A stretch of DNA of 64,000 nucleotides from an uncultured Planctomycetota bacterium. Its GTDB lineage: Bacteria; Planctomycetota; Planctomycetia; Isosphaerales; Isosphaeraceae. This document shows positions 54,896 to 64,000 of the stretch, piece after piece (the stretch's first letter is position 1; every line of letters begins with the position of its first letter). Location: assembly GCA_963845755.1 (NCBI GenBank), contig CAWJTV010000027.1, positions 96,001-160,000 on the forward strand, given 5' to 3'. The translations under genes were made by a program, and so were the position numbers. The notes under the pieces were generated by a model. It had not been told where the DNA came from. It made no database searches and saw nothing but the letters and a program-made list of their open reading frames with translations.

Positions 54896-55926
54896 CTACG
54901 ACCGCTCGATCAATCCCTGGGCGGGGCTGGAGGCGGTGGCGTAGAGTTTCCGGGGGATGCGGCCGGCGGCGGCGGCGAGGCGGCCGGCCTCGACGGCCAG
55001 GCGCATGGCGTGGGCCATGCGGAGCGGATCCGAGGCGCCGGCGATACCGGTGTTGAGCAGCACACCGTCGCAGCCGAGTTCCATGGCGATGGCCACGTCG
55101 CTGGCGGTGCCGACCCCGGCGTCAACGATGACGGGATAGGACGGGTCACCCCCCTTGAGATCCTCGAGGATGATCCGGATGTTGTTGGGGTTGAGCACGC
55201 CCTGGCCGCTGCCGATGGGGCTGCCGGCGGGCATGACGCTGGTGGCGCCGGCTTCCTTGAGCCGGCGGGCCATGATGGGGTCGTCGCTGGTGTAGCAGAG
55301 GACCTGGAAGCCCTCCTGGACCAGCACACGCGTGGCCTCGAGCGTGGCGACCGGGTCGGGAAGGAGCGTGCGGGAGTCGGCCAGCACCTCGAGCTTGACC
55401 CAGTCGGCGCCGGGGTTTTCCAGGCCCGCCAGCAGCTCGCGCCCAGCCGCGCCGTCCGGAGGGCGTCCTCGGCGGAGAAGCAGCCGGCCGTGTTAGGCAA
55501 GATGGTGTATCGCTTCGGGTCGAGATAATCCAGGAGGTTCCGGCCCTGGCGGTCGAACAGGCGCTCGCGGCGGACGGCGACCGTGACGACCTCGGCACCG
55601 CTGGCATCCAGGCAGTCGCGCATCAGATCCAGCGTCGCGTACTTACCCGTCCCGACGAACAGCCGGCTGTGCACGGCGTGCGTGCCGATCGTCAGCGGCT
55701 CGTGCCCGAGGCCGGGGGCCGCGCCCGAGCCGCCACCGACCAGGGTGACGATCTCCAGGACGTCGCCGGTCGCGAGCGCGGTCTCACCCAATCGGGACCG
55801 CGTGACGAGATCCTTGTTGATCTCCACGGCGACGTGTTCCGGCTTGACGCCCAGGTGCCGCAGCAATTCGGCAACAGTCAGCGGCCCGGGCACCTCGCGT
55901 CGCTCGCCGTTAATGATGACCTGCAC
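54896..55926 (-). CDS. thiG: ThiS-ThiG fusion (sulfur carrier + thiazole synthase; frameshift near 55440)
   Basis: MQVIINGE...[10 protein letters not shown] is in frame with [10 protein letters not shown] and LPNTAGC. After the shift come [24 protein letters not shown] and DGVLLNT. Confidence 0.93.
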
Positions 55927-56105
55927 AATCTCACCTCAGTGGCCGGTTGCAAGTTGCGATGAGCAACTGTCATCGTATCGCCCGCGGCGCGGCAGGGTCA
56001 AGTCGCGGTGGACCGGTGAGGGCGGCCTGGCACCGCAATTGCACTCGATCCTGCGGTGGGGATTCCATCCGAGTGGAAACGTCATCCCGACCAGGAGAGA
56101 TACCC

Positions 56106-56574
56106 ATGAGATTCTTCGAGCTGATCTGCGGCGCTAGGACTTGTCGTCGTGGGGAATTCCGTGTCGATCGCCCAGGATGCCGGCGCGACTGCGGTCAAGG
56201 CCGATACCATCCGCTCGCCCGAAGCCCTGATCGGCCGCTATGTCATCGTCTCCGGCGAGAAGGACGGACTGACAGAGCCCGCGGGGCGAATCAAGGGCAC
56301 GACCGTCGTCTTCACCAAGGACACCGTCGTGGTCACCGACAAGGAGAAGAAGGAGATCTACTCGGCCTCCTATAAACTCAAGACGACGACGAATCCTTGC
56401 GACATCACCATGACCAGCCGCGCCGGGTCGTCCCCGGGGGAAATCGCCCGGGGCCTGATCCAGAAGGAAGGGAATAAGGTGCGATTAATCTATGCCTTGC
56501 CCACCGGAGAAATCCCGTCCGGGTTCAAGACCAAGGAAAAGCAACTGATGTTCGTCATGGAGAAGGCGCAATAA
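56106..56574 (+). CDS. Planctomycete TIGR03067-like exported beta-barrel protein (frameshift near 56135)
   Basis: AGGAG RBS, then LIGRYVIVSGEKDG, YKL...NP..I and GLI..EG..VRLIY..P...P.GF. Confidence 0.75.
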
Positions 56575-56777
56575 TGCTCGGGTCGACGTCGACGAGCCGG
56601 GACGCACCGGTGGCGCAGGCCAAAGGATGTGAGTAATCGGGCGTCGTCATGCGAAGGCGCAACGACACCTACGCCGGAACCCGAGGGTCGCCGTGCGGCC
56701 CGCGGGCCCCAACGCGCAGCCGCGGGGCGCGGTCGATCCAGCAGCAAGTGATCTCACGAAAATTACGCTAAATTTCC

Positions 56778-56806
56778 TTGATTTTCAGAACATTCACCTC
56801 TAAACT
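56778..56806 (+). promoter_or_regulatory. Putative sigma70 promoter for the DUF1559 gene
   Basis: TTGATT-N17-TAAACT in an AT-rich patch. Confidence 0.45.
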
Positions 56807-57085
56807 GTGAATCAGTTATCGGAATCACGAGGCCGCGATGGAATGGGCTTCGAGGACTCCATCCGAGCGTCCGTCCCTCCTCCAGGATATCCGCTCAAAT
56901 CGGGATTTCGGTCGTCATCGCGTCCTGCTGATCCTCTCCTGGGGAACTGGTCACGGCTGCCGGCGAGATCGCGCCGCCGTGAGACGACCCGTCGCTAAGC
57001 CGAGATGATGAACGACGCAGGGCGACGGAATGGTTCCGTCGTCTCTCTTCGAATCGACTCGAGCGCCCGGAGTGGGGGACTCGCC

Positions 57086-58168
57086 ATGATTTCCATCTTC
57101 GTCCACCGCAGGCCAAAAACCGGATTCACCCTGATCGAGCTCCTGGTTGTGATCGCCATCATCGGGGTGCTGATCGCACTCTTGTTGCCCGCGGTCCAGA
57201 GTGCCCGCGAGGCGGCGCACCGCGCCCAGTGCACCAACAACCTGAAACAGATCGCCCTGGCGGCCCACAACTATGAGTCGGCCAATGGCAGCTTCCCGAT
57301 CGGCAACCGGGGCTTGCAGTTGGTGTACCCCGGCCTTCCTCCTTGCGGAATCCTCGATGGTTCCGCCTATCCCGTCGGGCATACCGCATTCGTATTCATC
57401 CTGCCGTATCTGGAAAATGCGCCCCATTACAACGCCTATAACATCGTGCGCAACTATGACAGCGTCTCGAATGTCACAGGCATCTCGATCAAGGTGGCGG
57501 GGTATATCTGCCCATCGGACACCGATGCCGCGCCCGATCCCACGGGTACGATCACGGTCACCCAAGCGTCCTACGGCACGGCGCGCGGGCTCTGGGAAAC
57601 GCTCGCGTTCGGCTGGCAGACCACATCTACGCTCCCCGATCCCAAAGGCATGTATGCGAGTACGTGCAATCAGGGCCCGGGCGACGGCATGTTCAGCGTA
57701 GAATGGTCTCATACGATCTCGTCCGTGACCGATGGCCTGAGCAACACGTTCTTGTTCGGCGAAATGTCGCGATTTCGGAACGAACCTCCGGGGTCGAATT
57801 TCTTGTTCAACCTTATCGGGGGGGTCTGGGCCGGCCCGCCGTGGAACGCCATGTCTTCTTTCTGGCCGAACGACGTCCGGATCACCAGTGGCGCGACCGC
57901 CGTCCCGAAGCTGAATGCCCCGCCCGACACGACAGGGAACGTCTTGAACGCCTGCTTCGCCACGGTCTCGTTTCCGCCGGACTGGATCACGGTTCCGGCC
58001 TGTCAAAACTATGGACAATTTGGCTTCCGGAGCCTCCATGCGAGTGGCGCGAATTTCGCGATGGCGGACGGCTCGGTCCGATTTGTCAAGGACAGCATCA
58101 ACGTCCCGACCTATCGCGCCCTGGCGACCCGAGCCGGCGGCGAAGTCGTCGGCGCCGATCAGTATTGA
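57086..58168 (+). CDS. DUF1559 prepilin-type N-terminal cleavage/methylation protein
   Basis: GFTLIELLVVIAIIGVLIALLLPAVQSAREAA, CPSD, DGLSNT..GE and H-X9-DG (HASGANFAMADGSV). Confidence 0.96.
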   Translation: MISIFVHRRPKTGFTLIELLVVIAIIGVLIALLLPAVQSAREAAHRAQCTNNLKQIALAAHNYESANGSFPIGNRGLQLVYPGLPPCGILDGSAYPVGHTAFVFILPYLENAPHYNAYNIVRNYDSVSNVTGISIKVAGYICPSDTDAAPDPTGTITVTQASYGTARGLWETLAFGWQTTSTLPDPKGMYASTCNQGPGDGMFSVEWSHTISSVTDGLSNTFLFGEMSRFRNEPPGSNFLFNLIGGVWAGPPWNAMSSFWPNDVRITSGATAVPKLNAPPDTTGNVLNACFATVSFPPDWITVPACQNYGQFGFRSLHASGANFAMADGSVRFVKDSINVPTYRALATRAGGEVVGADQY

Positions 58169-58291
58169 TGGGCGTCATCCGACATGGGAGCAGGCGCTTC
58201 GAAACCCGCCCGATCGACTGCGAGCATCGTCCTCCCGATCGGGACGGGAGCGGGGCGGGCAGACCGCCCTTCGGCTCGTGGAGAGAGACTC

Positions 58292-58510
58292 ATGATGAGA
58301 TATACGGGGATGCTGATAGGATTATTCATCGCCGTGCTGGCGATCGGCTGCGGCTCCGAGAGCTCGCCGCTGGCCTCGGAACCGGCCATTGCCCGGACGC
58401 CGGGACCCGTCGTCGAAAAGGGCTCCAAGGTTGCCCTCAAGAAGAAAAAGAAAGAGCCCGGCATCGGCGCCGTGCCCAACCCGTCCAAGAAACCACGATT
58501 GCCGCTTTGA
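58292..58510 (+). CDS. Small lipoprotein
   Basis: Signal with lipobox LAIG-C, downstream of DUF1559. Confidence 0.7.
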   Translation: MMRYTGMLIGLFIAVLAIGCGSESSPLASEPAIARTPGPVVEKGSKVALKKKKKEPGIGAVPNPSKKPRLPL

Positions 58511-58659
58511 GAGGTGGCGATCGGCCCACGGCACTATGCTGCTCAGCGTACGTTTCTCGCCCCCTGCTCGCCGGCCCGTGGGCCGGCGGGCGCCACAGCC
58601 GGCAACTTCCGAGAAGCCTCAGCCGCGTAACTCCTATAATCCGGCGCAGATGCACCGCT

Positions 58660-58945
58660 TCAGGCGGAGTAAGCACGCGGGACCGGCCCGCTCAGCAGCG
58701 GCTCGATGGATGGCGGCTCGGTAACGGACCCGAGGTTCTCGCCGAAACCGCCACCTGGCGCCGCGATCACGCGGTAGATTGTGTTGACCTGATTGACGAG
58801 CAGCGAGCCATTGTTGGGGTCGGCCGTCGCAAGGAAGCCTATTCTGTCGGGCGTGCCGTCGGCGAGGACGGTCTGCACCTTCGTGGCAATGCTTACCTCG
58901 ATCAGATCGCCGCCGACGGCATACGCGCACAGATCACCTTCCAGT
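58660..58945 (-). pseudogene. Relic of a PEP-CTERM protein 3' end
   Basis: ...DPNNGSLLVNQVNTIYRV.A.PGGGFG...SVTEPPS, resembling a decayed VPEP motif with no TM tail and no signal peptide. Confidence 0.45.
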
Positions 58946-59005
58946 CATGAATGCTCCTCAAGTTGTCAGTGTTGAACATAAAATTGGAATATTTCAGCCT
59001 TATCG

Positions 59006-60502
59006 CTACAGGGCGCCGAGGAACGCGATGAGATCCTCCTTCTCCCGATGGGAGAAGCCGATGGAGAAGCGGGTGTCGTAGAAATCCACCACGGCGCCCA
59101 GGTCGGCGGCGAGGCCGTTGTGGAAGTACGGTGGCCGCGCGGCGAGGCCGCGCAGGATGGGGCCCTTGAACTTGCCGATGTCCTTCCAGACGCCCGTGAG
59201 CAGGGCTCGGCCCGGATCGGTTGTCTTGCGGATCTCGCCGGTCTGCAAGTTCTGGAAGGTGTAGAGGGGCATGTCGGACGTGCGCCGCGCCGCGTCGGTC
59301 ACGCCGATGTCGATCGGGAAGGCGACCGAGTGGTCGCCGATATTGGGAGCATCGTGGCAGGTCGTGCAGGTGCCCTGGATGACCGGCAGGCCCAGGGCAT
59401 CGTTGAGTCCGCCGACGCCCGTGATGGCGATCGGCTTCGTGCCGAAGAGCTTGGCACCGCGCGCGATTGCAGCCCGGTTTTTTTCCCGAGAGCCGGCCCA
59501 GGCACTGAAGAGCGTCATCGCGTCCGGATTGAACGGGGCCCCGCTCGTATCCGCCCCGAGGACGTCGTTGATTGTGACGTAGAACGGCTGCATGGCCACG
59601 TAGGCCGGCCCTCCCTGGGCACCCCGGGCGTCGAGCTCTCCGACGTGATGGATTCTCTGCTGGGCCGTCGCGAGGTTCAGCTCGAACTGAACGATGGCTT
59701 GCGCGACATCGTCCGTCAGCGGGCGCCCTGCGCGTGCCCCGTTGTTGCGTCGTTGGCCTGGTGCTTCAGGTCGTTGAACAGGGCCACCGCGTTCTGGTCG
59801 GGCGTCGCGGTCGCGAGGATGGGTGTCGTGCCCATCGGCGCGAACGACTCGCGGCCGTCCCACATCACGGTGGTGAGGAACCGGAGGTTCGTCGCGGGAA
59901 GGGGACGCCGGAAGAGCGAGAGCTGGGAGGCGCTCGCGAAGCCGTAAGGGTCGTCGACGCCCACGAGCGCGAATTCGGCGCCCGACGGGACGGGCAGGCC
60001 GATCCGGATCAGGCCCTTGTCGAGCAACATGCTGAACGCCTTGCGCCGGGCCTTGACCGTGGAGACGTCCGCGTACGGCGAGTTCGAGCCGTCAACGGTG
60101 CGGAAGATAGGGTCCAGCCCATTTGTCGTCGAGAACCGTTGCTGCAATTCAGCCGGCGTGATCGTCCAGGCCGACGATGCCACATGGCAGGAGGAGCAGG
60201 ACCTCCCGTTGGTTCCGAGGCTCTGGAAGAATGGGTTCGAGAAGTCCAGCGGATTGCCGTCGACCGCGATGGTGCGGAGCACGCCCGAGGGATCCCTCGT
60301 GTCGATCTCGCTCGGCTGGCCGCTCGCGAACGGTCCGGAGGCCAGTAAGATGACGAGAGCTACCGCGTAAACCTCGAAGGAATGGCCGCATTGACCCGGG
60401 CGGAGCCGGTCTCGCCGGGCACGTCAGCGACGGGCCAGCGGGTCGCGGCCCTTTCCGATTCCAGACCGATTTGATGAATCTCATGATAGGTCCTTTCTTC
60501 AT
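59006..60502 (-). CDS. Di-heme cytochrome c, CCP/MauG superfamily-like (frameshifts near 60360 and 59730)
   Basis: CSSCH in NGRSCSSCH and CTTCH, plus DPGRAL and [21 protein letters not shown]. The start is uncertain. Confidence 0.82.
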
Positions 60503-60689
60503 GAACCGAGCCACGGGCTGCGAAACAGGGGAACTGACGATCCTTCCGGGTACGGAGTCCGTCCGTCCCGACGATTTGCGGCGTTGAACTGTCGGCTCTG
60601 ACTGTTCAGCCGCTTGGGTTCCGGTGTTGAAAATGAGGAAGCAGGGATCAGAAGTGTCGTGGCTCTTGGCACGTCCTCCGACCTCTCTG

Positions 60690-63600
60690 TCAGTCTTTCG
60701 TCCCGACGAGTCCCAGGAGCTCTTCGGTCTCGGCCCGGAATGCGGCGAGCTCTTCGATCTCAGGCCTGGGGAGGGCGATTGCCGCCTCGGTCCAGCGATT
60801 CGCGCAATCGTAGGAGTCGCGAGCCCGGGCGGTCTCGCCCAGGCGGTGGAGGCTCATGGCCATGACGTACAGGTCGAAGGCCAGCGTCCTGTCATCTTGG
60901 CGCTTGAGGTTGGGCCGGAGGACTTCCACCGCCTCGCGATAGCGGCCGGCACGGTAATAGGCCACGCCGAGCGTGTTGCGGACATTCGAATTGTCCGTCA
61001 GTCGCAGGGCTTTCTCGGCCAGGGACAGAGCCGCCGCCACGTCGCGCAGCGCCTCGGGCGCCGTCAGGTAAGCCCAGGCCAGATTGTTGCAGAGGTTCGC
61101 CGAGTTCGGGTTCGCCTCGACCTCACGGCGGCAACGCTCGATGGTCTGCTGCGCGCTCTGCTTACGGATCAAGTCGAGCCTGGCACGGTCAACGGGAAGG
61201 ACCCGGATCGTCACGGGTTCGGCGCTGGCCATCTTCCCGGCTACGGGAGGCGGAAAAGCCGGCCAATCCCAATCGAGGTTCATGTCCTCGAGCCGCGATC
61301 GGATCGCCCTCAAGTCCCAGATGTGGATCGCATGGGCATGGACGGCGATCGTCACGAGTTGGGTCCCGTCGGGCGTGAAGCCCTGCCAGGCGGCCCGGTC
61401 GCCGTGCGGGTCCTCGAGCTTGGCCACGGTCCGGCCGGTGGCCACCTCTTTCAGATGAATGACGGCCGGGACCATCTCCAGGGCCATCAGGCGGCCGTCC
61501 GGGGAGAACGCCACCCAGCCGGGGAATTGAGTGGCGTCGCGGGGCAGCCGCCGGATCGGCTGCAAGGTCTCCACGTCCCAGAAGGCGAACTCGTCGCCGC
61601 GGGCGATGATCAGGTCGCGGCTATCGGGCGTGAAGAAGACGACCGTACGTTTTCCCGTGACCCATTCGTGGACCATCTGACCGGTGCCGGCATTCCAGAG
61701 CCGGACGCGGTCGGAGTGCCAGCCGCTGCTCGCCGCCCATCGGCCATCTCCGCTGAGGGCACGGACCTCTCCCTGCGGGTGTTTCCCCAGGGACTGCCGC
61801 ACCGTCCCTGTTTCCAGGTCCAGGATCGTGTTCGAACCGCCTTCTTCCGTGACCACCCCCAGAGTGCGGCCGTCCGGACTGCGTGCAAACCAGGCCCGGC
61901 TCAGGGGAGACAGTTGCCGCGGCGGGCCGAGACGGAGACGCTTCCCCTGCGGATCCTCGCTCGTGACCGGCCAGCGCATCAGGCCATCCAGACCGCTCGT
62001 CAGAAGGCTCCAGGACGGGATATCGGTCGTGACGGAGCTTCGCTCGCCTCGCCCCTCGCCATCGAAGAAGACATAGGTCGTCCATGCGGGCAGCCCGGCC
62101 AACTCCCGCCCACTGTGCAGGTCCCACAGCCGGGTCCCTTCGTTCATGCCCACGGCCAGCAGGCGACCATCCGGGCTGATGTCGCCGTAGCCATAGCCCC
62201 CCTCTCCGGCACCCTCGCTGCTGACCAGGGTGCGATACTCACGGTTCAGCGTCACCGCCAGCAGATCGGCCCGCTCGCCGTTCTTTGTGACCCCAAGCCA
62301 CCGGCCGTCGGCGCTGAATCGCGCGCTGAATCGCGCACCGCTGACGGCGGTCAAGCGCATCAGTTGCCGCCCGGAAGACGGTTGCCACAGGATCAACATG
62401 CCGTCCCAGCCGTGCGAAGCCATGAGGTCACCCTCGGGGTGAAACGTCACCGCCGTGACGTTCTGCGCGTGGCCCCCCAGGGTCGCCACCTTGCGCTTCG
62501 CGGCCACGTTCCAGATTTGAATGCGCGGGTCGGAACCCCCAACCGCCAGACGTTCCCCGTCCGGGTGCCAGGCGACGACCTGGTTGCTCATCTCACCGAC
62601 GGGGAGGTCCGTGAGATGCGTCCCGCTCGCCGCGTCGTAGACGGAAACGACGCGGGAATAGCGGTACCCGACGGCCAGTTTGCGGCTATCCGGCTGGAAT
62701 GCCAGTGCGGTGACGCGATCGGGCGACCGCCAGCGGCGAACTTCCCGTCCCGTCGCCAGATCGAAGCAGAGGACCCACCTTTGCTGGCCGACCGCCAGAA
62801 TTCGGCCGTCCGGGCTGAACGCATGGCTCTCGCACCCGTGGGGCTCGTCCCGGAAGACCGGCTGCCCGTCGGACACGCGCCACACGCGCAGCGGAGACGC
62901 TCCTCCCAGGCCGAGCAGGAACGTGTCGTCGGGGCTGAAGTACAGATGCCCCGACATGGGGCCCGAGGCGATGCGCCGGATCTCCTGGTCGTCGGGGATG
63001 CTGCGGATGCTGATGCCCCCTCGGGTGTCGGCTCGGGCATAGAGCTGGTACTGCCCGCCGTACGCGACCATGGTCGTGCCGTGAGGCAAGGACGGCCAGC
63101 CGGGCACGCGTCGGAGGTCGGGCAAGGCCATCGCGGCGATGGCCTCGTCGCGCAGCCGCTCGTCGGGGTGGATGCCCGCGGCACGGGTCAGTGAGGCGAG
63201 ACTGTCCAGCCGCTGGCCCATCTGCCGGCTGAAGCGGCCGGCGCGGGCCTGGTTCAACAGCGCCAGGAACAACTGTCCTGTGGCGTCCCGCTCGCTCTTC
63301 TGGGCCGCCGCCAGGGCGGCCTCTTTCTGTTTCGCCTCGATCACGGCTATGCCCTGCGCCGAGGTGGCGCGAAGCATGCCCCAGGTCGTGCCGATGATTC
63401 CACCCACCAGGGCCAGGACCACCAAGAAAGCCGTCAGGACCGGCCCCTTGTTCCGCCGCACGAACTTCCGCAGCCGATAGCGGACCGACGGCGGACCGGC
63501 CACGACCGGCTCATCGGCCAGGTATCGCTGCAAGTCCATTGCCAGTCCGTTCGCCGTCTCGTACCGTCGGTTGCGGTCTTTCTCCAGGGCCTTCATCACG

Positions 63601-64000
63601 ATCCAGTCGAGGTCACCCTTGATGAGTCGACCCAGTTCGGCGGGTTCCGTGCTGCGGTGGGCGGCGATCGATGCCAGGCTGATCTCCGGCATCGCGGCTC
63701 CCGACTCTCGGGCGGGACCTGGGCAAGCGCGATTCCGGCTTGTTGTGTCCGACCGGTTGAGCTCCCACAGGCGCGTGCTCGGCCTGGGCGGTTCTTCCTC
63801 GCGAATCATCCGAAGGACCTCGTCGAACGCCGTCCCGTTCATCCGCTGGGTTTCGAACGGCGTCGAGCCGGTCAATAATTCATACAAGAGAACGCCGAGA
63901 GAATAGATGTCGCTACGGGTATCGATGTCAAGGGCGTGGAACGACGCTTGCTCGGGGCTCATGTAGTCCAGCGTACCGACGAGCTGGCCGCACTGCGTGA
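60690..64000 (-). CDS. Ser/Thr kinase with WD40 repeats and C-terminal TPR (5' end outside window)
   Basis: [25 protein letters not shown], a TM helix, repeated FSPDG/WD blades and NNLAW TPR. Confidence 0.95.
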   Translation of the reverse strand, partial: TQCGQLVGTLDYMSPEQASFHALDIDTRSDIYSLGVLLYELLTGSTPFETQRMNGTAFDEVLRMIREEEPPRPSTRLWELNRSDTTSRNRACPGPARESGAAMPEISLASIAAHRSTEPAELGRLIKGDLDWIVMKALEKDRNRRYETANGLAMDLQRYLADEPVVAGPPSVRYRLRKFVRRNKGPVLTAFLVVLALVGGIIGTTWGMLRATSAQGIAVIEAKQKEAALAAAQKSERDATGQLFLALLNQARAGRFSRQMGQRLDSLASLTRAAGIHPDERLRDEAIAAMALPDLRRVPGWPSLPHGTTMVAYGGQYQLYARADTRGGISIRSIPDDQEIRRIASGPMSGHLYFSPDDTFLLGLGGASPLRVWRVSDGQPVFRDEPHGCESHAFSPDGRILAVGQQRWVLCFDLATGREVRRWRSPDRVTALAFQPDSRKLAVGYRYSRVVSVYDAASGTHLTDLPVGEMSNQVVAWHPDGERLAVGGSDPRIQIWNVAAKRKVATLGGHAQNVTAVTFHPEGDLMASHGWDGMLILWQPSSGRQLMRLTAVSGARFSARFSADGRWLGVTKNGERADLLAVTLNREYRTLVSSEGAGEGGYGYGDISPDGRLLAVGMNEGTRLWDLHSGRELAGLPAWTTYVFFDGEGRGERSSVTTDIPSWSLLTSGLDGLMRWPVTSEDPQGKRLRLGPPRQLSPLSRAWFARSPDGRTLGVVTEEGGSNTILDLETGTVRQSLGKHPQGEVRALSGDGRWAASSGWHSDRVRLWNAGTGQMVHEWVTGKRTVVFFTPDSRDLIIARGDEFAFWDVETLQPIRRLPRDATQFPGWVAFSPDGRLMALEMVPAVIHLKEVATGRTVAKLEDPHGDRAAWQGFTPDGTQLVTIAVHAHAIHIWDLRAIRSRLEDMNLDWDWPAFPPPVAGKMASAEPVTIRVLPVDRARLDLIRKQSAQQTIERCRREVEANPNSANLCNNLAWAYLTAPEALRDVAAALSLAEKALRLTDNSNVRNTLGVAYYRAGRYREAVEVLRPNLKRQDDRTLAFDLYVMAMSLHRLGETARARDSYDCANRWTEAAIALPRPEIEELAAFRAETEELLGLVGTKD

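Noticed and set aside
55927..56100. TPP riboswitch upstream of thiS-thiG
   Set aside because: I could not find the conserved CUGAGA and AGCGUAGGGA core elements, and the gap is short and shared with a divergent gene.

Overview
GC-rich bacterial DNA that reads as a planctomycete, most like Isosphaeraceae. The markers are LExRxLL-type exported proteins, DUF1559, TIGR02999 and TIGR03067 family genes, kinase-TPR and kinase-WD40 proteins, a PEP-CTERM protein and Uma2 genes. The taxon and all family calls come from motif recognition by eye, not database searches. About 15 otherwise intact genes are split by single-base indels, so the assembly probably carries long-read errors, and I joined the split ORFs by hand. 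Contents in order: an exported repeat protein; a protein-glutaminase domain gene with a downstream partner; a minus-strand cluster (TPM/TM/long coiled-coil protein, PspA/IM30, an inverted-repeat-flanked GxxExxY cassette, a classical AAA ATPase and a small protein); a giant S53 peptidase/beta-helix protein and other exported proteins behind an ECF sigma-kinase pair; a NERD protein; an interrupted prkA-yeaH-spoVR operon; three tandem paralogues with an IS5 element and a REP doublet; an amidohydrolase, MoxR, MATE, TPR protein, ECF sigma and DinG; a HEPN pair; a thiS-thiG fusion; DUF1559; a di-heme cytochrome c; and a kinase-WD40 protein. The best candidate for an undescribed system is the PspA (ESCRT-III superfamily) + AAA ATPase + membrane-anchored coiled-coil cluster. 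Next are the glutaminase with a separately encoded propeptide-like partner and the GxxExxY inverted-repeat element. I found no rRNA, tRNA or CRISPR array.
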